From Oscillospiraceae bacterium (GTDB lineage Bacteria; Bacillota; Clostridia; Oscillospirales; CAG-272): 64,000 bases of DNA. The notes under the pieces are model-generated. The model did not search any database and had not been told where the DNA came from. It saw nothing but the letters and a program-made list of their open reading frames with translations. A program made the position numbers and the translations under genes. This document shows, piece after piece, positions 9,818 through 17,616 of this stretch. The stretch is from assembly GCA_015064415.1 (NCBI GenBank), contig SVSG01000001.1, forward strand, positions 76,206 through 140,205, written 5' to 3'. Every line of letters starts with the position of its first letter. Position 1 is the stretch's first letter.

Positions 9818-10296
9818 TGAAGAAATGGATGATCTTCTGGCTTTCACTCGCCTTGCTTCTTCCCTCCTGTCGGCGTGCCGAGGCGGCGGGCGGATCGCTG
9901 GATATTCTGGTCACGCGCGTGCAGAACGCCATTTCCTCCGAGGAGGATTTCGTGATCGCGGACGCGGATTTTACGGTGGATCATTTTGGCGAGCCCACTT
10001 TCTTGCAGGATGCCATCGTGGCGCTTGGAAATGGCAAAAAAACGCGAGAATTCGGCCTTTTCCGCTTGAAGGACCGCACAAAGGCCGCAGAGCTGAAGGC
10101 AAGCGTACGGCAATATCTGAAGGGCGAGCAGGAGGCGTTGATCTCACTCTCGGCGCTTTACCCCACGGAAGAGCTGGAGGCGCGCCTTGCGCTGTATCAA
10201 AATGCCACCGTGGGCAGCGAGGGGATGCTTGTTTACTATTTCGTGCTTGACAAAAAGGAGACCAAGCTTGCCATCGAAGCGTTGACGGGAAGATAA
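9817..10296 (+). CDS. DUF4358-like lipoprotein
   Basis: Signal peptide with LLLPSC lipobox. ATG 9817 shares one nt with the upstream TGA stop. The family call is from memory of the frequent SGNH+DUF4358 pairing in Clostridia. Confidence 0.6.
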   Translation: MKKWMIFWLSLALLLPSCRRAEAAGGSLDILVTRVQNAISSEEDFVIADADFTVDHFGEPTFLQDAIVALGNGKKTREFGLFRLKDRTKAAELKASVRQYLKGEQEALISLSALYPTEELEARLALYQNATVGSEGMLVYYFVLDKKETKLAIEALTGR

Positions 10297-10324
10297 AAAA
10301 GAGGAGCAAAAGCTCCTCTTTTAT
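10297..10324. terminator. Bidirectional terminator between convergent genes
   Basis: aagaggagc-aaaa-gctcctctt (10299-10320) flanked by A-run and T-run. Confidence 0.7.
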
Positions 10325-10743
10325 CTTTTTTGCAGTTCTTTTAAGCGTGCGCGGATAAGCGGCAGGGCCTTCGTTGCATCCTCTGCTTCCAGTACGGCTT
10401 GCTCAATGGGGCATCTGCCCTCACCCGTGCGGTTTTTGATATACGGTACAAGCGTGTCAAATTCCACTGAAACGGCGGCGCGCCGCAATACCTCCAGCGC
10501 GCTTTCGCTGATCACATGGGCAAAGAGAGCGCGAACGCCGAGCAACACGTAAAGAAAGGCGGCACCCTTCCCCACCACCTTATCGGCGGCGCAAAAGGCG
10601 CGGAAATCGCGCCCGCTGTCAAGAAAGCCAAGCAACGGTGCCACACCGCGCAAGGAGGAGGAAAACGTCTCCCCGTCATGGAAGAGCACGCAGGTGAATT
10701 TCCCCCCTAAAAGCTCGCTTTTCGCGTTTTGCAGGTCAAGCAT
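10321..10743 (-). CDS. DUF1893 (TM1506-like) domain protein
   Basis: 140 aa beginning MLDLQNAKSELLGGKFTCVLFHDGETF...GVAPLLGFL...DKVVGKGAAFL, recalled as the DUF1893 pattern. Its start overlaps the upstream stop by 8 nt. Confidence 0.6.
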   Translation of the reverse strand: MLDLQNAKSELLGGKFTCVLFHDGETFSSSLRGVAPLLGFLDSGRDFRAFCAADKVVGKGAAFLYVLLGVRALFAHVISESALEVLRRAAVSVEFDTLVPYIKNRTGEGRCPIEQAVLEAEDATKALPLIRARLKELQKR

Positions 10744-11830
10744 TTTTTCTTTCCTTCAGATACGTCATCACGGAGGCGATCTTGATCTCCTGCGGGCAGA
10801 CCTTTTCGCATTGCTTGCAGGAAATGCACGCGGTGGGCACGTTTTCACCCGTCACACGGCGCGTGGCGTTGTATTCAGCAAAAATTTGCGAAATGGGCAG
10901 CTTTTTGGGGCATTTTTCCTCGCAATAACGGCACGCGGTGCAAGGCAACGCGTTTTGCGCCACCATATCGTCCGCAATTTCAAAAATTGCTTGCAATTCC
11001 TTCTCAGTGAAGGGCTTTTCCTCGCTGAAAGTCGCGATATTTTCCTTGACCTGCGCAAGGTTTGACATACCGGACAGCGTAACGCAGATCCCCTTTTGAC
11101 TTTGGATAAAGCGGAAAGCCATCGCGGCGGGAGATTCCTCGGCGCGGATCGCCTTCATCTTAACAAGGTGCTCGGGAGAAAGTGCGGCCAGCTTGCCGCC
11201 GCGCACGGGCTCCATGACCCAGATGGGGATGTTGCGTTCGTTCAGAATGCGCACCTTTTCCCCTGCGGCCTGATAGTTCCAGTCCAGATAGTTGAGCTGG
11301 ATCTGGCAAAATTCCATATGCGCGCCGTACGCATCCAAGAAACGTACGAATTGCCCGTTGGAGGCGTGCGTGGAAAAACCGAGATGCTTGATCCTTCCCT
11401 TTTTCTTTTGCTCCAGCAGGTAATCCAAAAGCCCGTATGCGGGGTTCAGATAATCGTCGATCGTTTTATCGCTGACGTTGTGGAACAGATAAAAGTCGAA
11501 ATGATCCACGCGGCAGCGCTTCAGCTGCTCCTCGAAGATATCTTCCTTCTTTTCCAGATTTTTGGGATCCAACCCCGGAAATTTGGTGGCAAGATAAAAG
11601 CTTTCGCGCGGATAGGCGGAAAGGATCTCACCCATCACGCTCTCCGACTTACCGGCATGGTAAAACCACGCGGTGTCAAAATAATTGACGCCGTTTCGGA
11701 AGGCGTGATCCACGATCTCGCGCGTTTTTTCCATATCCACGGCGGCGGGATCCTCCCCCACCGTGGGAAAGCGCATCGTGCCAAGACCGAGGGCGGATAA
11801 TTTCAGGTCTGCAAATTGCTTGTAGATCAT
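10736..11830 (-). CDS. Aldo/keto reductase fused to a C-terminal 2x[4Fe-4S]-type ferredoxin segment
   Basis: AKR N-terminus (LGLGTMRF, NYFDTAWFYHAGKSE). C-terminal CTACRYCEEKCP and CISCKQCEKVCP cysteine clusters. Confidence 0.85.
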   Translation of the reverse strand: MIYKQFADLKLSALGLGTMRFPTVGEDPAAVDMEKTREIVDHAFRNGVNYFDTAWFYHAGKSESVMGEILSAYPRESFYLATKFPGLDPKNLEKKEDIFEEQLKRCRVDHFDFYLFHNVSDKTIDDYLNPAYGLLDYLLEQKKKGRIKHLGFSTHASNGQFVRFLDAYGAHMEFCQIQLNYLDWNYQAAGEKVRILNERNIPIWVMEPVRGGKLAALSPEHLVKMKAIRAEESPAAMAFRFIQSQKGICVTLSGMSNLAQVKENIATFSEEKPFTEKELQAIFEIADDMVAQNALPCTACRYCEEKCPKKLPISQIFAEYNATRRVTGENVPTACISCKQCEKVCPQEIKIASVMTYLKERKNA

Positions 11831-11842
11831 AGAACGTTCCCT

Positions 11843-13285
11843 TTATTTCTTATGCTTTTGCGTCTTGATCATGCCGTACTTGATATCCCACAGCTTTTGC
11901 GAAAGGTCCACGTAGTAATTATGGGGATTATCAAATCTCTTGACCTCTTCCCACATGCTTTCCAGCGATGTCTGACAGTTGGCGCGGATCTGTTGGAGAG
12001 TGGGCAGCTCGTAGACCTGCTTGCCGTTTTTGAAGATCGGCACCAGCAGCTCTTCGGCTCTGAAATTTTCCAGAGTTTTCGTCTTCCACGTGTTGTCAGG
12101 ATCAAAGATCTCAAGGGGCTTGGTATCGTCCACCACTTCGTCCCACACGCAAATCAGGTCCGCTTCCGCCTTGCCGGTATCGCGGCCAAACAGACGGTAC
12201 ACCTTCTTGAAATGGGGGGTGGTGATCTTGCCCACGTTCTCGCTCAGCTTGATCTTGGGGGTGATATTCCCTTCGGCATCCTCCACGGCGCAAAGCTTAT
12301 ACACGCCACCGAATACGGGGTCGCTCTTGGCGGTGATCAATCTCTCGCCCACGCCAAAGGCATCGATCTTGGCGTCCTGATGCAGAAGGCCGCGAATGAT
12401 ATACTCATCCAACGAGTTGGAGGCCACGATCTTGCAGTCGGGCAAGCCCGCCTCGTCCAGCATCTTACGGATCTTGCGGGAAAGATAGGCAATATCGCCC
12501 GAGTCAATGCGCACCGCGCACTTGGTGATGCCGCATTCCTTGAACGCCTTGATGGCGTTGGGGAGACCGCTTTCCAGAACGTTAAAGGTATCCACAAGCA
12601 ACGTGGGGGCGTTGGGATAAAGCTTACAATAGGTCAAAAAGGCCTCGTATTCGCTATCGAACATCTGCACCCAGGAGTGCGCCATCGTGCCCCCTGCGGG
12701 CACGCCGAAGGCCTGATCAGCCACGGCGCAGGCGGTGCTGTGCACACCGCCGATGTACGCGGCTCTGGCACCCAGAATGGCCGCATCCGCGCCTTGCGCG
12801 CGACGAGAGCCGAACTCGCTCACACCGCGTCCCTTGGCGGCACGGGTGATCCTTGCGGCCTTGGTGGCGATCAGACATTGGTGGTTGAGGGAAAGAAGCA
12901 GATAGGTTTCGATAAACTGCGCCTCAATGGCAGGGGCGCGCACGGTGATCAGGGGCTCGCCCGGGAACACAACGGTGCCCTCCGGTACGGCCCACACGTC
13001 GCCCGTAAAACGGAAATCGGCAAGATAGTGCAAAAATTCCTCAGAGAAGCAGCCGCGGGCGCGCAGATATGCGATGTCCTCCGCGTCAAAGTGCAGATCG
13101 TTGATATAGTCCACCACCTGCTCAAGCCCCGCTGCGATGGCATACCCGCCCTCGTCGGGATTTTTGCGGAAATACAAGTCAAAATAGGCAATGCGGTCCT
13201 TCATGCCGGCATTGAAATACCCGTTCCCCATAGTCAACTCATAATAGTCGACCAGCATCGTCAGATTACGTGAGATGTTTTTCAT
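11843..13285 (-). CDS. pncB: Nicotinate phosphoribosyltransferase
   Basis: 480 aa with LVDYYELTMGNGYF, FGSRRAQG and the C-terminal domain typical of the long Firmicutes PncB. Confidence 0.92.
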   Translation of the reverse strand: MKNISRNLTMLVDYYELTMGNGYFNAGMKDRIAYFDLYFRKNPDEGGYAIAAGLEQVVDYINDLHFDAEDIAYLRARGCFSEEFLHYLADFRFTGDVWAVPEGTVVFPGEPLITVRAPAIEAQFIETYLLLSLNHQCLIATKAARITRAAKGRGVSEFGSRRAQGADAAILGARAAYIGGVHSTACAVADQAFGVPAGGTMAHSWVQMFDSEYEAFLTYCKLYPNAPTLLVDTFNVLESGLPNAIKAFKECGITKCAVRIDSGDIAYLSRKIRKMLDEAGLPDCKIVASNSLDEYIIRGLLHQDAKIDAFGVGERLITAKSDPVFGGVYKLCAVEDAEGNITPKIKLSENVGKITTPHFKKVYRLFGRDTGKAEADLICVWDEVVDDTKPLEIFDPDNTWKTKTLENFRAEELLVPIFKNGKQVYELPTLQQIRANCQTSLESMWEEVKRFDNPHNYYVDLSQKLWDIKYGMIKTQKHKK

Positions 13286-15951
13286 GATTTCGCCTTTCTT
13301 TTTTCTTTTGAAGCTTTATTTTTGCGGTATTTTTTTGCTTTTTGTCCGATCAACAGCAGCGAGAGGATCGCAATGCTGGAAAGCACGATCACAGCCGTTA
13401 CCACCACGGGAACGGTGTAATCACGCTCCTGCGCTTGCTGTGTCTCTTTGTCCGCGTTCTGGCGAACGGCATTGATACGATCGGCAAGCTCGGCACTTCC
13501 CAGTGACTTGCTGTGAAGTGTGAGATGGTTCATCTGCAGGGTGTACTCTCCTTGCTGCCCGTCCAGCGGACGCGCCATCACGCGCACACACTTGAGCGAG
13601 GTAAGCGGCAGGATGTTTTTGTAAAGATCCAGATAAAACGTACTGTTTTCCCCCGCGTGCAACACTGCGGACGCGTACAGCGTGGTATCCTCACCGATCA
13701 AACGGAGCTGCACTTCGTATCTTGTATCCGCCTCTCCGATCACACCAAGCTGCAGTGAGATCATCGGGGCGAAGGAAAGATTGACGGGGGCATTGAAGTG
13801 GTATGCCATTTCCCCGTACGCCCCTGCACCGGAAAGCGTGGCGGTCAGCGCGTGCCCGCCGTTTGGTGCGGCCAGTACGGAAAGCAGAGTGCAGGAGGGG
13901 CCCGAATACCAGTCCATCACGTCGGTGGCGGTTGTAAAGTTCCAAAGCGGATGACTGCCCTTGGGGGCGCTTTCCTCACCAAAGGGCGTTGTGCTGAGCG
14001 CAACGCGATATACAAGACGCGAGCGGAAATCCGTTTCGGCAAGCGCGGGATACAGCTCGGCAATGCTCTTGATACCAAGAGTTTGCAAGGCCGTGGTGGC
14101 CGCCTGCGCGTAATTGTCGGTATCGATGTAGCGCGCCAGATAGGAAATGGCGGCGCGGCCGCTTGGCTTGCCCTCGCGCTCGGCAAGCGAAAAATCCACA
14201 AGGAAGGTGCTTACGGCACCCTCAAGATGCAATGCCGCATATTTTAAAAGATACTCGGCGCGCAATACCTCGTCGCTTTGCGTGGCATCCGGTAACCACG
14301 AGAAGATAAACGTCGTTTCAAGATAAGAGCTTTGCGCGGCCAGTGCCTGCAGCCCGCTCACGAATTGTTGCAAGCGATCGATCCCGAAAAAGCCGGTTTC
14401 GCTTGCGCTCCATCTGTCCGCAAGGGCGCGGCTTTCCAGCATCACGCCAAAGGGCTGGGGCTCCAGCACGTGCGCCTCAAGGGCTGCAAGCAAGGAAGGA
14501 AGAAAGAGCGCCGTATAAAAATCGCGCGACGCATGCAGAGAGTCCGCATCCTCCGGCCATATCGCGTCGGAAACGGGCACCACCGCGTGCAGGTTGGGAA
14601 TGTTGCGCCGCGCCGCGCCGACGATCAGATGCAGCGTCGTGGCATACAGTGCGGAATAAGAGGCAAGATCGGTGGCAGCGGTATAGCTGTAATTAGATAC
14701 CAGATCCGCCGCTCTGCCAAGGATCACGCCCGTGATGCCGCTTTGCGCGTAACGCGTACTGAGAAAGTCGATCATCGCGTACAGATCGTGCTGAGCGGCC
14801 TCGGTGCGAACCACGGGCAAGCGATTCAGCACGCCGTTTGGGGCCTCATCCACGAAGGAAAGCCCCTTGGCATCACTGCTTACCAGGAAACGAAGATACA
14901 CCTTGGCACCGATCCCGGCAAGATTTTGAACGTTGCGATCAAGCTCGGCCACGTAGGTTTGATCAAAGTAGTAATAGTCAAACTCGCCCGCGTACAGGAT
15001 GCCGCCGTTCTGCACACCCTGCATACGGTCAAGATACACGTCCACCACCGCCATATCGGGGGTGAGCTCCATGACCGCACCGAAATCTTCGGTATGATAG
15101 CCCTTGAATCCCTCTGCGGGTTTGGTTTCGGCAGGGGCAAAGGAAGGATAGGTGGGGGTACAAAGCGGTACACGCTCTCCCGAGGAGGTAATGGCGGCCA
15201 CCACGTATCGGGAGAAAAGATCGCTTGAGCTTTGCACACTTACCGTAAAGGAAAAATCAAAGGAAATTCCGGTACGGGCGATCGGGGTCTTGCTGGAAAG
15301 GTGCATGTCCTCCCCTTCCGCCAGCGAAAACAACGCCAAGCTTTCCCCCTCGTAACGAACGGTGGCAGCATAACTGAGCTCGCCGCTGATCTCGATCTCA
15401 CCGCTTTCCTTGTTATAATGACAGCGCGAAAGCGTGGCCTCATCAGAAGCGTCGCGCACGTAGGAGGAAAGATTGAACAGCGAAAGCAGGGTCAGCGTAC
15501 CGCCGGCGCCGTTGCCGGAAAGGGTGATCTCAAGCTCCGTAACATCCGCACCGATGTGCGGCAACCCCAGCACAAAGGATTGCTTTGCGGTCGAGGCGGG
15601 CTCAATGTTTTTTTCAGCAGTTTCAGCGAAAAGCTCCTCATACAGCACGTAGCTGATGGTGACGGAAAGCTTGGTCGCGCCGGATTGGTTAATAAGGGAT
15701 ACGTAGAGCGCATTGCTGCTTCCCTCCAGAAAGGAAAGCTCGCTTGTCCTGAAGCTGCTTTCTCCGTTGACGGGCAAGGAAAAGCTGTCATCCTGCAGGG
15801 TGAACGTTTCGTCATCTTTTCCGGCAAGGGTGGTGAAAACAAAGCGTGTTCCCCCTTCCTCGCTCGCAGCTACCGGTAGGATCCAAACACCGGAAAGTGT
15901 CAGGAAAAGCGCCAGAAATGCGGCTATTATTTTTTTAGGGGCGTTTTTCAT
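13282..15951 (-). CDS. Large secreted protein with C-terminal membrane anchor (889 aa), function unknown; central region possibly a TIM-barrel glycosidase-like domain
   Basis: Signal peptide MKNAPKKIIAAFLALFLTLSGVWILPVAAS. C-terminal TM helix VVVTAVIVLSSIAILSLLLIG followed by a Lys-rich tail. Start set at ATG 15951 (AAGGAG upstream) because a terminator and promoter occupy 15982-16069. The stop TGA overlaps the pncB ATG (ATGA). Confidence 0.7.
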   Translation of the reverse strand: MKNAPKKIIAAFLALFLTLSGVWILPVAASEEGGTRFVFTTLAGKDDETFTLQDDSFSLPVNGESSFRTSELSFLEGSSNALYVSLINQSGATKLSVTISYVLYEELFAETAEKNIEPASTAKQSFVLGLPHIGADVTELEITLSGNGAGGTLTLLSLFNLSSYVRDASDEATLSRCHYNKESGEIEISGELSYAATVRYEGESLALFSLAEGEDMHLSSKTPIARTGISFDFSFTVSVQSSSDLFSRYVVAAITSSGERVPLCTPTYPSFAPAETKPAEGFKGYHTEDFGAVMELTPDMAVVDVYLDRMQGVQNGGILYAGEFDYYYFDQTYVAELDRNVQNLAGIGAKVYLRFLVSSDAKGLSFVDEAPNGVLNRLPVVRTEAAQHDLYAMIDFLSTRYAQSGITGVILGRAADLVSNYSYTAATDLASYSALYATTLHLIVGAARRNIPNLHAVVPVSDAIWPEDADSLHASRDFYTALFLPSLLAALEAHVLEPQPFGVMLESRALADRWSASETGFFGIDRLQQFVSGLQALAAQSSYLETTFIFSWLPDATQSDEVLRAEYLLKYAALHLEGAVSTFLVDFSLAEREGKPSGRAAISYLARYIDTDNYAQAATTALQTLGIKSIAELYPALAETDFRSRLVYRVALSTTPFGEESAPKGSHPLWNFTTATDVMDWYSGPSCTLLSVLAAPNGGHALTATLSGAGAYGEMAYHFNAPVNLSFAPMISLQLGVIGEADTRYEVQLRLIGEDTTLYASAVLHAGENSTFYLDLYKNILPLTSLKCVRVMARPLDGQQGEYTLQMNHLTLHSKSLGSAELADRINAVRQNADKETQQAQERDYTVPVVVTAVIVLSSIAILSLLLIGQKAKKYRKNKASKEKRKAKS

Positions 15952-15981
15952 ACCGACAGTCTCCTTTTTTGATTTTATTCT

Positions 15982-16010
15982 ATTATAACATATAATTCGC
16001 GTTTTGAAAA
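15982..16010 (-). promoter_or_regulatory. Candidate promoter of the 889-aa protein/pncB operon
   Basis: Minus strand reads TTTTCA (16010-16005), 17-nt spacer ending in TATG, TATAAT (15987-15982), a TRTG extended -10. Confidence 0.5.
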
Positions 16011-16020
16011 GCCCTTTTGT

Positions 16021-16069
16021 AAAATAAAAAAGAAAGAAAACAGAAAAGCGGGCACCGTGCGGTGCCCGC
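16021..16069 (-). terminator. Rho-independent terminator after dpaB
   Basis: A 9-bp stem gcgggcacc/ggtgcccgc (16048-16069) 5 nt after the stop, followed on the minus strand by TTTTCTGTTTTCTTTCTTTTTTATTTT. Confidence 0.75.
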
Positions 16070-16073
16070 TTTC

Positions 16074-16634
16074 TCATACCTGGAACAGTCTTTGGTACTG
16101 TTTGCCCTGCAAAGCTGCCTCAAGCGTTGGAGCAAGCTGGGAAAAATCCGCCACAAGCGAGTGCGGCTTTTTCTCGGGATCATCCTGCTTCATCGGCACG
16201 AAATAAACGTTTTTGCGTGTGAGAAGTGCTCCGATGTTTTTCAGATTCACGGAAAGCGCATCGTTGGAGGCCAGCGCGATCACCAGCGGGCGGTTGTTGC
16301 GCAAATGCGCCTTGGCCGCCATGGTGACCGAGGAATCCGTGATGCCACACGCCATTTTGGCAAGCGTATTTCCCGTACAAGGACAAATGATCAGCGCGTC
16401 CAGCGGGTGCGCGGGGCCCAGCGGCTCAGCCCCCACCACGGTGTGAATCAACGGCCGTCCCGTCAGCATCTCAATCCGCTCACAGACTGCCCGCGCCGTG
16501 GAAAAGCGGGTGTCGGTGGAAAAAACGCTTTCGCTGACGATGCCCTGCACGGGATATTTTTTACAGAGCGTTTCCATCTCCGAAAGCCCCTTTGCAACCG
16601 TACAAAAGGAACCGCAGAGCGCAAATCCGATCAT
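16074..16634 (-). CDS. dpaB: Dipicolinate synthase subunit B (SpoVFB)
   Basis: Flavoprotein-like 186 aa beginning MIGFALCGSFCT. Overlaps dpaA by 4 nt, giving the classic spoVFA-spoVFB pair. Confidence 0.85.
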   Translation of the reverse strand: MIGFALCGSFCTVAKGLSEMETLCKKYPVQGIVSESVFSTDTRFSTARAVCERIEMLTGRPLIHTVVGAEPLGPAHPLDALIICPCTGNTLAKMACGITDSSVTMAAKAHLRNNRPLVIALASNDALSVNLKNIGALLTRKNVYFVPMKQDDPEKKPHSLVADFSQLAPTLEAALQGKQYQRLFQV

Positions 16635-17521
16635 AGCAAGCCCTCCTTTTTCATGTGCAGAATGACCGTGTCGGCAATGATCTCCCCCGCGCTCTCGGGC
16701 GCATATTTGCCGGGTAAGGAAAGCGCCCAGATCACCGTGTGCCCCTGCGCACTTGCCGCATCCACGTCAATGCCGCCGGGGGCGGAGGCAAGATCGATCA
16801 AAAGCGTTTCCTTCGGGATGCTTTTCAGCACCTCCTTGGTGAAAAGCCAGTGCGGCACGGTATTGAATACCACCGCCTTTCCCTGTGCCAGCAATGCGAC
16901 GGAGTCGGGCCCCTCCAGACGGCGGATATAGTGCCCCGCTCCCGCGGCCTCGGCCAGCGCCGCGGGCTTTCGCGCGCCCACGGTCACTTTTGCCCCCATC
17001 GCGCCAAGCAAGCGCGAGAGGGCGCGCCCCACGCGTCCGTAGCCCGTAACGGCAACGGGTAAGCCCGCTACCGTCCGCTTCATGCGCTCCATCAGAATGG
17101 CCACAGCCCCCTCGGCGGTCGGGATGGCGTTTCTTTGCTCAAATTCCTCGCTCTTCGCGTAATCGAACAGCACGTGCCCCGCATCCTCCGCCATCGCGCG
17201 CACCGCAGGGCTGAAACGCCCGCCCGCAAGCAACGTACCGCAGGGCACCGTGGAGAAGATCTCCCGCAAAAGCGGCGCTTCCTCCCCGCTTGCAAGCGGC
17301 ACATGCAACCGCCTCCCGTCGGGGGAAACGGGTAAAGGCAAAAGCACCGCCTCGGCACCTGCAAGCGCCCCTTGTACGTCCGCACACCACCTCGCCCCCG
17401 AGGCAAGCTTCTCCCTCGGTAAGCCGTACGCGCGAACGGCGGCCCCTTTCGCCAAAAGATACTCTATCAAGGAAAATTGGCGGGCATCCCCGCCCAGAAC
17501 AGCAAAATTTTTCTCTAACAT
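16631..17521 (-). CDS. dpaA: Dipicolinate synthase subunit A (SpoVFA)
   Basis: NAD-binding dehydrogenase-like protein (VAVTGYGRVGRAL), 296 aa, immediately upstream of dpaB. Confidence 0.85.
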   Translation of the reverse strand: MLEKNFAVLGGDARQFSLIEYLLAKGAAVRAYGLPREKLASGARWCADVQGALAGAEAVLLPLPVSPDGRRLHVPLASGEEAPLLREIFSTVPCGTLLAGGRFSPAVRAMAEDAGHVLFDYAKSEEFEQRNAIPTAEGAVAILMERMKRTVAGLPVAVTGYGRVGRALSRLLGAMGAKVTVGARKPAALAEAAGAGHYIRRLEGPDSVALLAQGKAVVFNTVPHWLFTKEVLKSIPKETLLIDLASAPGGIDVDAASAQGHTVIWALSLPGKYAPESAGEIIADTVILHMKKEGLL

Positions 17522-17582
17522 TGCAAAATCCTCGCATCATACAGCGTTCACTGTAAGAATATGTCGATTTTGCACCTGCGGT

Positions 17583-17612
17583 GAAAAAAGTCCCGAGCAA
17601 GCGCTCGGGACT
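17583..17612 (-). terminator. Rho-independent terminator after polC
   Basis: agtcccgagc/gctcgggact stem (17589-17612) 5 nt after the stop, followed by TTTTTT on the minus strand. Confidence 0.75.
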
Positions 17613-17616
17613 TTTC

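Noticed and set aside
15952-16077. An upstream extension of the 889-aa protein ORF to the ATG at 16077, which would overlap the dpaB stop (ATGA).
   Set aside because: The extension (MRKRAPHGARFSVFFLFYF...) is read through a canonical terminator (16021-16069) and a promoter-like element. The signal peptide and a good AAGGAG ribosome-binding site begin at 15951.
17522-17582. Possible sporulation (sigma-K type) promoter upstream of dpaA; CATATTCTT resembles the CATA---TA -10.
   Set aside because: The match is inexact (TT instead of TA) and I could not find a convincing -35 AC element at the right spacing. It is too weak to report as a feature.
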